Assembly (NCBI RefSeq): GCF_004010195.1
Contig: NC_057719.1
Location: forward strand, 59,533,669 to 59,597,668
From: Chiloscyllium plagiosum
Taxonomy: Eukaryota
Length of the DNA stretch: 64,000 bases
Direction: 5' to 3'
Shown: positions 13,601 to 26,054 of the stretch, in pieces
How positions within the stretch are numbered: the stretch's first letter is position 1
Layout of the letters: every line of letters starts with the position of its first letter
Made by a program: the position numbers and the translations under genes
The notes under the pieces: model-generated
What the model was told of the DNA's origin: nothing
The model's database searches: none
Seen by the model: only the letters and a program-made list of their open reading frames with translations

Positions 13601-14730
13601 CATAGTTATTACTGAATCAAAGTCTCTTGTTAAAGGCAGATGCAATATTGACGGTATCCTTCAAAATTTCTTACACATCTCACATCTATCACTTGTCTTT
13701 TCTATGAGTTTATCATACTCCTCATTCCTTATTCTTCCATCCTCTACTATTGTAATCTTTTAGAAGCGAGGTGGGCAATTTGCCTATTTTAACTTTAATA
13801 CAATTAAGTTTTGCCTTTCACATTTCTGCCTCCATGTCAACAGTATTCCTTTAACTTCTTGAGTGAAGAGACTATGTTCCACTAAAGGAATATATAATAT
13901 CCTCTCTATGTAAATTTCAAATTCAGCTTTTCCAAATACAATGTTTTCATTTTCCACTAGCAGTTTCAGCTGTATTTTCTTCCACAATGGCCTTAATAAC
14001 AACAATATTTCATTGGACACATTAGATGTTATTGTTGGGGGTGAATTTAAACTTGTGAGGCAGAGGCCAGGTTGAGTAATGGGCTTAGTTTTGGAAGCAC
14101 AAGAGAGGACAAACAGAGGATGGAGAGCAGGGAAAATGAGAGGGAAGGCTTGAATGTTGACAATAACAAAGAAATGGTCACCTTCCAATGAACAAAAAAG
14201 AGATAAGAGCAGTGTAAAATTATATGTGCAAATGCACAGAGTATAGTGAACAAAGGTGGGGAACTGGAAGCCAAACTTTTTCTGGGGATGTGGCATAGTA
14301 GCACTGACAGAATCATATCTCAAGCCAGAACAGGGCTGGACACAACATCACAGATTATAAAGCTTTTTCTAGAAACAGGGTCAATAAAAAGGCAAGTGGT
14401 GTAGCAGTCTTGGAGAAAGATAGGTTCATTGCCCTTGAATGAGATACATTTCCTGAATTAAAATCTATATGGTTGGAGGTGAGAAACAGAAAGGGAGAAG
14501 TGACCTTGTTGGTTACTTATTATAAGCCTCCAAATAGTGGGGAGGAAATAGGAGAAAGAGTTTGTAGGTAGATAATGGAAACATGCAAGAGTGTTGTGAT
14601 AGTTGGTGATTTTAATTATCTTAGGATAGACCGAGGGAAAGCTAGAATGTAGACCACAGAAGGGAGAAATTCCTGCAATGTCTGCAGGAGAATTTCCTGG
14701 AACACAACATTTCTAGTCTTAACAGGGAGG

Positions 14731-14815
14731 TGTTCTGATGAAGGCTCCTGCCTGAAATGTCACTTTTCCTGCTCCTCTCATGTTGCTTGACCTGCTGTGC
14801 TTTTTCCAGCTCTAC
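14731..14815 (+). mobile_element. PLE pLTR-derived mini-element with hammerhead-like core
   Basis: CTGATGA-AGGC TCCT GCCT-GAAA-TGTC at 14735-14761. TSD CAGGGAGG at 14723-14730 and 14816-14823. Confidence 0.8.
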
Positions 14816-17183
14816 CAGGGAGGGAGCTGTGCTGGATCTGATTCTAGAAAATAAGGCAGACCAAGTGGAGAATGAGGGAGCATTTGGGAAATAGTGAGCA
14901 TAACGTAATAAGGTTCAATATTAAGTTGGAAAAGGACAAAAATCAGTCAACAATTAAGATTCCAGACTGCAAAAGCATATTTTAGGCGTCTAAATTTTGA
15001 CCTGGAGCAGGTTGATTAGACATACATTTTGGTTGATAAAACAGTGGATGAAAAATGGGAGAATTACAAAAGAGCGATAAGTAGGGTGCAAAGGAGGTAC
15101 ATACCCATGAGAATTAAATGCAGGGTGTCCAAAACTAGAGTACCCTGGCTGACTAAAGATATTGATGAGAAAATAGTGGCAAATCATGCAAACCTGAATA
15201 ATAATAGCAACAGAATCAGGAAGAGTATTCCAAATGCAGTAAAGAGGCTAAGGCTAGAGTAAGAAAGCTAAGAGGAAGCATAAGGAAAGGATGGCAGGTT
15301 GCACTATATCAAATAGTAAAATGTTCCTCAAACATATTAACAGTGAAAGATTAGTGAAGGATAGAATGGAGCCCAGAAGAAACAGGCAGGATCAACTGCT
15401 CACTGAAGCAAAGGGTATGGCAGGGGTATTAAATGAGTATTTCACTTCCATGTTTACTAAATTAGAAAATGGTGACAATTGCCTGGTTGAAAATGTGAGT
15501 GTTGAGCAACTGCACAATATAGTGATAGATAAAGAAGAGATGTTATAAAGGCTGACAACACTCCAGGTAGAGAAGTCACCAGACCCAGGTGGGATGAATC
15601 CTAGATAGCTGACCGAGTTAAGGGATCAAATTGCAGAACTATTGATAGAAATCATACGGACCTCCCTGAATACAGGATTGGTCCCAGGCGATTGAAGGAT
15701 TGTGAATGTGACACCATTGTTTGAGAAAGAGGCAAAATATAGTGCAAGAAACTGTAGACCTGTCAGCTTGATATCAATATTGGAAAACTGATGAAGACAG
15801 TAATATAATATATAATATAAAGAAAAATAACTTAATATTTAACAGTTACCATGGCTTTGTTCTGGTGAAAAGTCACAACACTCAAAACCTTAACTCTGCT
15901 TTCTTCTCACAATGCTGCCAGATTTGCTGAGATTCTCCAGCAGTTTCAGGTATTTAGAATCTGCAGTTTTTTGTTCTATTATATATGGATTTGTTGAGGG
16001 CAGGCTATATCTGATAAATTTGATTGAGTTTTTTGACAAGGTGACACAGGCAGTGGATGCGGGTAGTACTGTGTACGTTGTATATTTGGATTTTCAGAAA
16101 GTATGTGATATGGTGCCACATAGCAGGTTGGTTAGCAATTGAGGAACATTTGGGATTGATGGATTTTTAGCAGCATGGATTAGAAGTTGGTTAAATCTTA
16201 GGAAACGAGATGGTCATTTCTCAGATTGGAAATGTGTTGAAAATGGTGCTCCCCAGGGATCGGTGTTGGGATATTGGCTTTTTAAGATTTGGAGAAAAGT
16301 GTTGAATGCAAAATCTTTAAATTTGAAGATGATACAAAGTTAGGGAGAACAATGAATTTTGAGGATGATGCTGAGCAACTTAAGAGAAACATTGACAAGT
16401 TGCCAAATGGGCAGACACTTGGCAGATAGATTTCAATGCAGAGAAATGTGAGGTAATGCATTTTGGTAGAGGAAACACAGAGATACAATACAAGAGCAAT
16501 GGTACAACTTTGAGGGGAGTACAGGAGAAGAGGGACCTCAGAGTTCAACTGCTTGATTTTCTGAAGGTGGCCAGGCAAGTTGAAACAGTTACTAAGAAGG
16601 CTTGAAGGATCCTTGGACATACAAATAGAGGCATAGAGCATAACTGCAAAGAAGTGATGCTACACCTCTACAAATCATTGGTCTGATCACATTTGCAGGT
16701 TGTGTTCAGTCCTGGGCATCTTATTAACAGAAGGAAGTTAAAGCCCTGGGAAGAGTTCAAAGGAGATTTACTAGAATGATACCAGGCATGAGAGGTGTTA
16801 CATATGAGGAAAAAATTAGACTTACTCTCCTTGGTGCAGAGAAGGTTAAAAGATGACCTTGTTGAGGTGTTCAGAATTATGAGCAATCTTGACAGGGTAA
16901 AGAAGGATATTTTCTTTCCACTAGTTGGTATGTCAGTAAGGGCTACGGGGAGAATGCAGGTAAGTGGAGTTGAAATGCCCATCAGCCATGACTGAATGGC
17001 GGAGTGGACTCGATGGGCCAAATGGCCTTACTTCCGCTCCTATGTCTTATGGTCTTATGGTCTTAACTAGGGGGTCATAATTTCAAGATTGTCAGCAAGA
17101 TAAGTAGGAGTGAGATGAGTAGAAACCTCTTTACTCAGAGAGTTGTTAGGTTTAGAATGTCCTACCTGGGAGAGTGGTGGAGG

Positions 17184-17818
17184 TGTGACAATACTATGGC
17201 TTTAAGAGGTGTATATTGTCCTTTTTTAATAAAAAGAGGTTGAGACAGAAGTGGTGAACGGTTGTTTCAAGTCAGTAAACAGCTTGTGAGGCCTTGGAGC
17301 TTTCTTTGAAGTTGGAACAAATGAAGCAGTCTGAATGGTTGGGGCCAAGCTCCCACAGAACCAGAACCTTTAGTTTAGCTTTCAGTAGCAGTTGTTGGGG
17401 TCTTGAAACTGGGTGTGGAAGTACTTATTCCTCTCACTGTTACAGCTAAAAGCTGGGATTCTCTTCCTGCTGCTAGAATTGCATGTGAAACAATCTATTT
17501 TACTGAATTTGCCTTTGCCCAAGGGTGTGTTTATGGGATATTGATATATTGGAATAGTTAATTAGTAGTAGTTAATATATATTGTAATGTTAAGCATTTT
17601 GATAGAGTTACAGTTAAGCTAATTCTTTTCCTTTGTTTTTACTTTGTATTTTAACTGCGGTGTAAAAATAAAGTGTGTTTTGCTTAAAGTCGAGTAGTTT
17701 GACCAATTGAAATGTATCTGGAATGAAACACCTTACACTTACCTTTAAAATAGGAACAACTTTGGGTCTAGGCCATCTTCTTAATGTATTTTGAGTGTGA
17801 GTGGTCTGATCCATGACA
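17184..17818 (+). mobile_element. Solo LTR (Gypsy-type, 635 bp)
   Basis: TGTGACA...CATGACA termini with internal AATAAA. Similar to the LTR at 2665-4948. Interrupts the CR1 3' end. Confidence 0.8.
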
Positions 17819-19129
17819 AGGGTTTCAAAAGAGAGTTGGATATATATTTGAAAGTGATGAATTTAGAGGGCAACAGAGATAGAGCTGGACATTTGTACTA
17901 ACTGAGTGGCTCTTTTGGGAGCTGGTACAGACAAAATGGGTGAATGGCCTCCTTCTGTACTGTAAATTCTAAGATTTAATTATTATAGTACATCCATACG
18001 AATTAAGTGATTGATTCTGGCTATTTTACAAGGAATAACCATTCTTTTCAGACTAAATCTGAAACTCATGGAACTCTCAAATTTCTTAACTTCGATCCTT
18101 AGCTTTGAATACTCAATTATATTATTTGGAACAGTTGATGGTGTTATGGTACTTGAATTGAATCTGCAACATCGAATGATCACATCTTGAACATTTATGG
18201 GGTCCATTCTCTTATTGTAGATCCCATATTCTCTTTGCTTCCCAAAATTAACAAGAGAATTTCTGACCTCAATTCTATTAGTTGTCCATTCATTCTGTCA
18301 ACTGTGAGCTGTATCCTTGTCAATTTGGTAATGTTGTGTTTTCCATTTTCTGTTGTTTCTCCAATGCCCACCTTTGTGCTGTTGGAAAGGAATGCCTTCC
18401 TAGGATTCTATTTAATGCTTCTGACATTTGTTCTAACAGTGCATCTTTGCCTACAAATACAACTTCTCTCGAAACTGAACATCTGTCCATACTTAATGTT
18501 TTGGCACAGCCCAATAGCTTAAATGCCCAGACAGATTGGGGAATTTCCACATGAAACCACCATAACATTGGATATAATCTACTGGATTACGTGAAAGACT
18601 CTTCCTTGGTAATAGCATTTTTCTAAAATTTTCAATTTGAACACACCTCATAAGCAGTCAATAAAATATAGTTTTGACAAAAGATAAAAAGTAACAATTT
18701 GTCCAACTTTTATTCATGTCTAAATCATCAGGCCCCAATTATATATTTTCTTATCTTACTTCTGCATGATAACAAAAGTGCTAAGGCCATACCTTGTTTC
18801 CTCTTCGATAAAGTAGTAAGGCAGGTCCACATTAGCACTCCATTCTTCCACTGGTCATAAGGTTCATTCAGAGGAAACGGGAGTGAATGATCACAGACTA
18901 AAACTATATATTTTGACTAATGTTATACTCTAGAAGGTAAGTGTATCTAAACAAAGTCCAAGTTCACACTGTTATTGAGAGATGTTTTTTCATTTAACTA
19001 CACCCGCAAAACTTACTGTCTCCGATTACGAGCTCCCCATTTTCCCCAATACAAACAATTCTCACCCAATAAACCATTAAGTTAATTTATCCATCACTTG
19101 GTCCATTATTCTGTTTGGTCTCAGTTATT

Positions 19130-19540
19130 CCTTCAGACCATTTTAGTTTATAACACAAGTGGTAAGGAAACAAAATTGCAGTAAATTGGATTGAAGGGTA
19201 AAATCCTAGCATAGATTGAGAATTGATTAAAGAACAGAAGACAAAAAGTAGGAATAAAAGGGCCACACTTTTACATTGGCAGCCCATGCTTAATATCAGA
19301 AGGATCAGTGTTTAGGGTACAGCTGCTTACAATATACATCAATGATTTAAATGTATGAGACGAATATTATATTATTTCAAAGTTTGCTCCTGACAGAAAA
19401 TGAGGTATGAATGTGAATTGTAAGGAGGATGCAGAGGGGCTTCAAGGGGATGGATACAGGCAAAATCAATGGGCAAGAATAAGGATGATGGAACATAATG
19501 TGCAATCCTGTGAAGTTATCCACTTTAACATGGTGAATGG
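19130..19540 (+). mobile_element. Old CR1 RT fragment
   Basis: Degenerate GSV..., IYINDL, CEVIHF motifs. Confidence 0.7.
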
Positions 19541-20859
19541 AGCTAGCAAAAAGCAGCAGAGGCAGCTGATTGAACAGTCTCTAATTTGTTGGCCAAGAAA
19601 TACACAAATTCCTTGTACTTGTTGCTGAGGAGATATAGATGGAACTGATTTTTTTGCTGCACTGAGAGAATTAATGCTAGTTCTAGCGGACAGGTTAGTT
19701 GAAAAATACAAGTCAAAAGGAAGAACACTATCGAAACTTATTTGAAAAATACCACCAGGAATATTCTATAAAATTAGTGACAAAATTCAGATCAGGGGAC
19801 TATTGCTGAATAAAGGAGTAATTGCAATCATTTTGTGTCTCCATTCCATGACATGAGTAAGTAGACTGTCCGTGTTTCAAATAACTGGTAATTATTCAGC
19901 ATTTAATTTTTTTTCTTGTAAATAACGTGAATTTAACGCAAGGAACATTACTCACTCAATTTCCATCCTGCGCTACTCCCTTGCTGATGCTTTATTCTGT
20001 GAAGTTCTCGAATAAATCTCTAGATGTTGGAATTGTGAAATAGTTGGCATTAATTAATTTGAGTCAATAATTTGAACCGCTAAAACGAGTAACACGGTCA
20101 GGATATTGCATGAATGTATATCATTAAAATAGCTATTTTCTTTTAAAAATTAGCCTAATTATTAATGCCTCAACAAATTCTCATCTGAAAATGTTATAAA
20201 AGTGACTTTGATAACTTCAAAAGCTTTTATTCAATGTGCCTATATGAATCCAAATTCTAATACATTATTATAAATCAGAGTGCATAGATACGTATTATGG
20301 GCGTTATTGGCAGGTTGATGCGCACTTGACTAAAAATTTAATTAACTTTTGAGTTATGTATATACTCTGATTTGAATCATTATTTTAATATTTTTGCATG
20401 TATGTTATAAACGAGTTGGTTTCTTATTAATAGAAGATTTCTCCATGGTTACAAGGTTTAAGTGTGAACTGAGTGCTCAAGGCTGTACAAAATTCAAGTG
20501 GATGTGATGGTTAATGTGTAATTATTACAGAAATGGTGTGATTTTACATTTCTGAGCAAGATAATTTGTAAATGTTTATTAGAGATTGCGCATATGAGCT
20601 GATTCGTTGATTTCTACATAGTTTTAAATGTTATTCCTTACTAATATGAGCAGGTTAATTTGGAGATATTTATTATGGGGATTGCGCATGTTTGATTTTC
20701 ATCTGTTGTTTTATAGGATGTTGTAAGCTTTTTTTTCCTACTGTTATTTGCTAATTTGTGTGTGGTATTAGTCTGGTGCATGTTTGCCCTAAACCCATGA
20801 CTCTGTGTAATGACAGTGACCAGAATTGAGATGGCCTCTGCTGAGCAGGTGGACTGTTG

Positions 20860-21960
20860 GGTTGGTGTGGTCGCGGGTGGAGCAGACCATGCGAGCTCTG
20901 TGGTGGAGGTGGCCGTGAACGCGGCGCGCTGCGGCCAGTTCCTCCGTTCACACCTCTCCTCCTCCTCCCCCCCACCACTCCCAAAACAAACCCCCCTCCC
21001 GGAGTCCGGAGAATGGTCGAGCCCAGCCTCCTCTTCCACGGCCGCTCTCCGTACAGCTGAAGTAACGGTCGGGTATTCGCCGGCAACGCTGTTGTGTGCG
21101 CGTTTGTTATCATCATTGCAGCCGCTAGCTCGCTATGGTAAGGGGAGACAGCGGCTGGCACACGCCTCGATGCAAGCCCCGGGGAGCCAAGCCTGTATTT
21201 TCTCACCGCGAATGGTTCAGTTTACTGTCTCTGCGCACCCCCGGGTTTTGGGGTGGTGGTCTCGGGGTGCCGGCACCTAGCTCTCAGCGGCCATTTTAAC
21301 CTAATTTTAGCTGCTGCAGTGAGTGTTGGTGCTGCTGGCCGGCCCAGTTGGCCGAGCCGAACCCAAGGCACCGGCTTCGCCTCTCTCCGCATGCTGGGGT
21401 AGCTGCCGCCGCCGCCACTCTTACTGCTGTTCCTGGCGGCAAAGTTAACACTTGGGTTTAGCGGCAGGTTGGTGAGGCGAGGATTTGGTACCCCGCCTGC
21501 GCCTCGGCGCGTTTCTTCCCCTCGCCTCTATTCACCCTCCCTTTTTGTTTTTCGGGTGAAAGGTACTTTATTCGAAATGAAATTTATTCAGTGCCGTTAA
21601 CGGTGTCGTGGACGGATGTGGCGGTGGTCGGTGTCGAGGAGACGGCGGCCATAACGGAGCAGAGAGCTCGGCACGTTTTAACCGGGGAGCTAATGTCGAA
21701 GTCTCTGGAAGCAGATTCCTTGCTGTCCGGCCATCATTCCCACTTGGAATGGTTGGAGCTGAAGTGCAGCCCGAACTGTGGGGGTGGAAAATAACCTGGA
21801 AATGTCCCGGTGCGGTGGTGTAGAACTGCAGTAACGCGCTCTCCAAATCTTGAAATGTTCATCGATTTTATTTGTTCTTTTGTTTGTAAATGCGTCAGGA
21901 TCCGGATTTGTTTTCAGTAGAACCCGGAGAGGAGGGATAATGCATAGTCAAAGAGGTTAT
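20860..21960. promoter_or_regulatory. CpG island / cfl2 promoter, exon 1 and proximal intron 1
   Basis: Abrupt rise in GC and CpG density against a CpG-depleted, AT-rich background, spanning the ATG exon. Confidence 0.85.
21135..21137 (+). CDS. cfl2: Cofilin-2 exon 1 coding part (ATG only)
   Basis: gctcgctATG|GTAAGG inside a CpG island. An ATG-only first coding exon is the known ADF/cofilin layout and joins in frame to exon 2 (M-ASGVTV). Confidence 0.85.
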
Positions 21961-22455
21961 TCCAGCGTCGTTTATTGTTAAAATATTTTCCAGTTGCCGC
22001 TTGTAATTTTTACGCCTCTGAATTTTAAGGTGATTCAGGGCTTTATTTATTTTTAAACTACCATTGACCCCCCTCTAAATTGTCAGTGCATGTCTTGAGT
22101 GTTAAAGGAGATGAGTGTTGTTGGATTCTTTTGTTACAACATTGAGCTCAAAGGCTCCCCCCGCGTCTGTCGCATACCACAATTTGCTGTAATTTGTCAG
22201 AATCCGCTGCATCGTTGAAAGTGGTGATGCTTCTGGCACCCGAGCCTTAACTTGCTCGACGTAAACTCATTGGCTGCTCTCCGTTTTCATGTAAGCATTA
22301 AGGGCTTTATAAAATTTATCACGGGTGTTTCTTCTAATTGCATTTTTAAAATCCTATAACTCTTTAAATCGGAGTGCTCATTTCTTTTGCCATGTTAGGA
22401 TGCTGCATGATAGAGCAGTACTCATTTTTTTAAACTTTTTTTCTTTTCCAAACAG

Positions 22456-22763
22456 GCCTCTGGAGTAACAGTACATGATGAAGTGATTAAAGTCTTCAAT
22501 GACATGAAAGTAAGAAAATCATCGTCACCAGAAGAGGTCAAGAAAAGAAAGAAAGCGATATTGTTCTGCCTTAGTGATGATAAAAAGCAAATAATTGTGG
22601 AGGAAGCCAAAGAGATTTTGGTGGGTGAGATTGGAGAAACTGTGCAGGATCCCTACACTTCTTTCGTTCAGCTGCTACCTCAGACCGACTGTCGTTATGC
22701 TTTATATGATGCTACTTACGAGACAAAAGAATCAAAGAAAGAAGATTTGGTATTTATATTCTG
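22456..22763 (+). CDS. cfl2: Cofilin-2 exon 2 (308 bp)
   Basis: Polypyrimidine tract plus aacag| acceptor and |gtatgt donor. Encodes [47 protein letters not shown]...[25 protein letters not shown], including Ser3 and the KKRKK NLS. Closest to muscle cofilin CFL2 by recall. Confidence 0.97.
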
Positions 22764-22881
22764 GTATGTGGTTAAAAATACTTGTTTGGCTATCTGTTGA
22801 GGCATGTATGTTTTAGAAGATGTGCATTGAATGGTTTCTTTATTGGAACAGTGGCTATTATCTATCTTTTTTTTCTTGTAG

Positions 22882-22958
22882 GGCTCCAGAAAGAGCATCT
22901 CTCAAAAGCAAGATGATATATGCTAGCTCAAAGGATGCTATTAAAAGGAAATTTACAG
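22882..22958 (+). CDS. cfl2: Cofilin-2 exon 3 (77 bp)
   Basis: ttttcttgtag| acceptor, |gttata donor. Encodes (W)[25 protein letters not shown](G). Confidence 0.95.
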
Positions 22959-23043
22959 GTTATAAAAGTTTTACAAACATTTGCAATTCTTAATTTAGTT
23001 GGTGTAGTGTAACAACAGTATGACTCTATTTTCTCTCTTTCAG

Positions 23044-23168
23044 GTATTAAACACGAATGGCAAGTTAATGGATTAGATGAAATTCAGGACCGTATAGCAC
23101 TTGCAGAGAAACTGGGAGGCAATGTGGTGGTTTCACTTGAAGGAATATCCTTGCATACTGACAATTGA
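23044..23168 (+). CDS. cfl2: Cofilin-2 exon 4 coding part (125 bp, TGA at 23166-23168)
   Basis: ttctctctttcag| acceptor. Encodes (G)[40 protein letters not shown]. Total CDS 3+308+77+125 = 513 nt = 170 aa plus stop. Confidence 0.95.
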
Positions 23169-23957
23169 GTGCCATCTTGACCCATGGAGCTTCCATTTCT
23201 GCAGCTCTGTCATTTGATCAAAGTTGGAATAGTTTAGTTTTTTTTTCCACGTAAAGGAGATCTCATTAACTTAAGCAGCCTGCCTGTGGTTGCCCTTAGA
23301 CTGTTTGATCCCAGTAGTTTGTATGTAGAATCTCAAGGAATGCTTTCACGTCATTCATTCTAGCCAAAACAATTGTCGTTGCATGCATTCCTTGTTTCTT
23401 GTACAATGAATGTGAATGTTTGTGAGTAGTTTAGAAACACTTAAGTATAAGCTTTTGAAAACCTTGAGAGTATTGTCCACTGGTCAGGTGGTAGCCATTA
23501 ATTTCAGTATTGTAATTGAAGTTGCACTTGATCATAGTTCCATGAGGCTCTTGTGCATTTATACCCCACTCCTGCCTTGATAGCCTAGTTTTGTGTCATG
23601 GCAACATATGTTCTACACTATGCATCAAAGCACTTTTTTTGTAATTTTATTTTGTTTTTAAAAAAGACTGAGGAATGCCAACCAAGTTTCTGTAGTTCGT
23701 AATTGCATCATCAGTGAATTGTAGCTCTTGCGTTTTCATTCCTATTGTGCAGACCTTAAGGAAGGAGTTGTTTATGTTGCCTTCTGTTTCCAGTGGAATG
23801 TACACTACTGAAAAAAGAATGGGAGTCAATGTTTACCATGTTAGTTTTTTTCCAAACATTGAAGCAAACACGCAAAATCAGTCATGATGGCAGTTACTGT
23901 ATACTAGAGCCTTAAATGGAACATTGTTTTTGAGATCAGAAAATTGGCCACGCTTAC

Positions 23958-23963
23958 AATAAA
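23958..23963 (+). terminator. Proximal polyadenylation signal of cfl2 (AATAAA)
   Basis: AATAAA about 0.8 kb after the stop, followed by T/GT-rich sequence (gctttgtttcatttttc). Confidence 0.6.
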
Positions 23964-24930
23964 AATTGTGGCTTATGGCCGATTGCTGCTTTGTTTCATT
24001 TTTCACTGATAAAGACATACTAACTGGAACTGGAACCTGCACACACTATTGGTTCTCCTTTTGTAAACAGTCGTACTGTAATGTTTGTGACAGTGTTTTA
24101 CTGATTTCATACTTTTCAATTTAGTGGAAGCTCTTTAAGTCAGTATTTTCAAAATAGATGAAGCAAGTTTAAATTGAATTATATCTTGTTTATGACTGAG
24201 CTGTAAGTTACAGCTTTAATCAGTTAGCTATTCAGAACTTATCCTGTTACACTGAAGTGTACTTGTGAAAGTGGGCATATTTTCATAAAATATACCAGTA
24301 TAAAGTTACATTAACATAACTGTTTTGTAATTTTAATACACAAACTGAATATATCTAAGATGGTACATTCTGTTCAGTCACTATACAAAAGCTTCCTCTT
24401 TCGCAATTTAAGTCATGTTTTGACATTTGAACTCAAATGGAGCGCTTATTTTTGTAATGGAGGTAACTTTCTGAAAATGCTCAGGAATCCTAAAGAATTG
24501 TGAAAAGCACATTTTCTTCTAGGAATGTGTATGTAAAGCTGGAATATACAAAAATCCTTTTAAATGTAACTTGGAGACTGTTCTGGTTACACTTGGATAT
24601 CAGCTATTAGTTGCTGTATTTGGATCAAAGCCAACAGTTGCTCTCCTACTGGAGAATTTGATCTGCATGCTGAGAGTAATCCTGTGCGAGTCAGAGCTAT
24701 TTATGGGAAACGCATGCTTTTGTGTCTTGTCATCCTTGTCCACAAATGGCAAAACTGGACATAGTTCCAATGCTGGATAAAAGGAAAGTCCTGCCAGGCA
24801 GACAAACATAGCTGTCAAATATTGCATGTACACAGAATGCTTTTCTAGAAGAGTAGGGAAAAAAAATGTTTTATTAACTGCCTAATGTTCATTGATATCA
24901 TTCTCCATGTCATTTTACACAATACATGGA

Positions 24931-24936
24931 AATAAA
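24931..24936 (+). terminator. Distal polyadenylation signal of cfl2 (AATAAA)
   Basis: AATAAA about 1.8 kb after the stop, followed by ggtttttgttt. Confidence 0.55.
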
Positions 24937-26054
24937 CTCGCTACAATGTCAAAGAATAGGTTTTTGTTTAAAAGTTGCTCCTTTTGAAGCAATACTTAAA
25001 TGCATTCAAAAATGTCCTACTATATATAAATTATGTAAAACCTTTGAAGTTTCTGTAGTGAGTGAAAATACTAGAAATGTTTTGGAACAGATTCCTTGTT
25101 TAAATATTGTAGAAATTAATCTTCATATCCTTAAGATGGTAACTATCGGTTCTTTAGCTCAGTACTTTTGATAAAAAGTTAATGAGGTAATTTGGGGCAC
25201 TTGAAAAGCTAGGATGTTCCAACCAGTTCATGAGAAATCGAAGTAATGAGAACATGGATGTAGGAGTAGGTGCTGCAGCCCTTGACTGTTCTGCCATTTA
25301 ACTGAATTATGGCTGAGCTGTATCTTAACTGTTTTCCAGCTTTAATTCTGTGATTCTTCAGACCCTCTGACCAACTGAAAGATTCTTGTTGAAAGGTTTG
25401 AAATTTTAAGTTGCAGTTGATTAGTTTTTCTGTGGTCAAGGGAAGCAGTGTTCCTGATTTACATTACCTTTTGTGTAAAGAATGCTCTGATTCCATTCCT
25501 CAACAACCTGGTTCTAATTTTTCCCTGTTCTGGATTCTCTCTTACCAGAGAAAATATTCTCTACCGTATCAAGTCTTTAAATGAACAGATAAAATACAAA
25601 ATCTTTACCAACTTTTATTTTTTGCACATTTTTTCCTATTTTTGACAGGCCTTTATTTTGCCAGTTTTTTTTTTCCAGCCTGTAGCTAATTTGTTTTCTG
25701 GTGGAACTAGCATGTACTGGATTTCCTTAGCCACTGCTTCTCAACCAACAGTTGAGATATCAGTGGAAAAGCTTGCACCCATAATTATTCTGCTCACTCA
25801 GTAAATAATCAATCTGTTTGTAAATATTTGATATTTGCAGCAAACACCTTGTAACTAAGGTTGTAATAACTTTTAATTAAGCAGACTGATTCAACATTCC
25901 CTCAAAAAAAGTTAAGTGGATAATCAAATTGTGTAAAATTAATCCTTGTCACAATAGTCTTGGCTCCAAGTGTGATTGCCAAAGATGTTGCCTTAACTAA
26001 ATTCTGACCAGAGATAATAAACACATCATGGATCCTTCACCTTTTGCAAACCTT

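Larger units (their letters stand above)
14170..17970 (+). mobile_element. Long degenerate CR1 (endonuclease plus RT) with nested inserts (PLE minis at 14731-14815 and 15862-15984, CR1 3' end at about 16945-17065, solo LTR at 17184-17818)
   Basis: EN motifs (YKPPNS, VGDFNY, LDLIL) and RT motifs (YLDFQK, GAPQGSVLG) in broken frames. Confidence 0.9.

Noticed and set aside
13784..14323. 179-aa minus-strand ORF
   Set aside because: Partly antisense to the CR1 5' region, with no recognisable domain or splice context.
20641..21846. Several overlapping 67-156 aa ORFs on both strands
   Set aside because: Expected by-products of the GC-rich CpG island. No recognisable protein motifs.
21205..22300. 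Alternative ATG-only first exon in intron 1, as in mammalian CFL2
   Set aside because: Candidates ATG|GTTCAG (about 21212) and ATG|GTTGGA (about 21749) have weak donors. CAT|GTAAGC (about 22288) supplies no in-frame ATG. Cannot be supported without transcripts.
22483..22800. 105-aa single-exon cofilin ORF in the track
   Set aside because: It is exon 2 read into intron 2. The spliced four-exon model gives the full protein.
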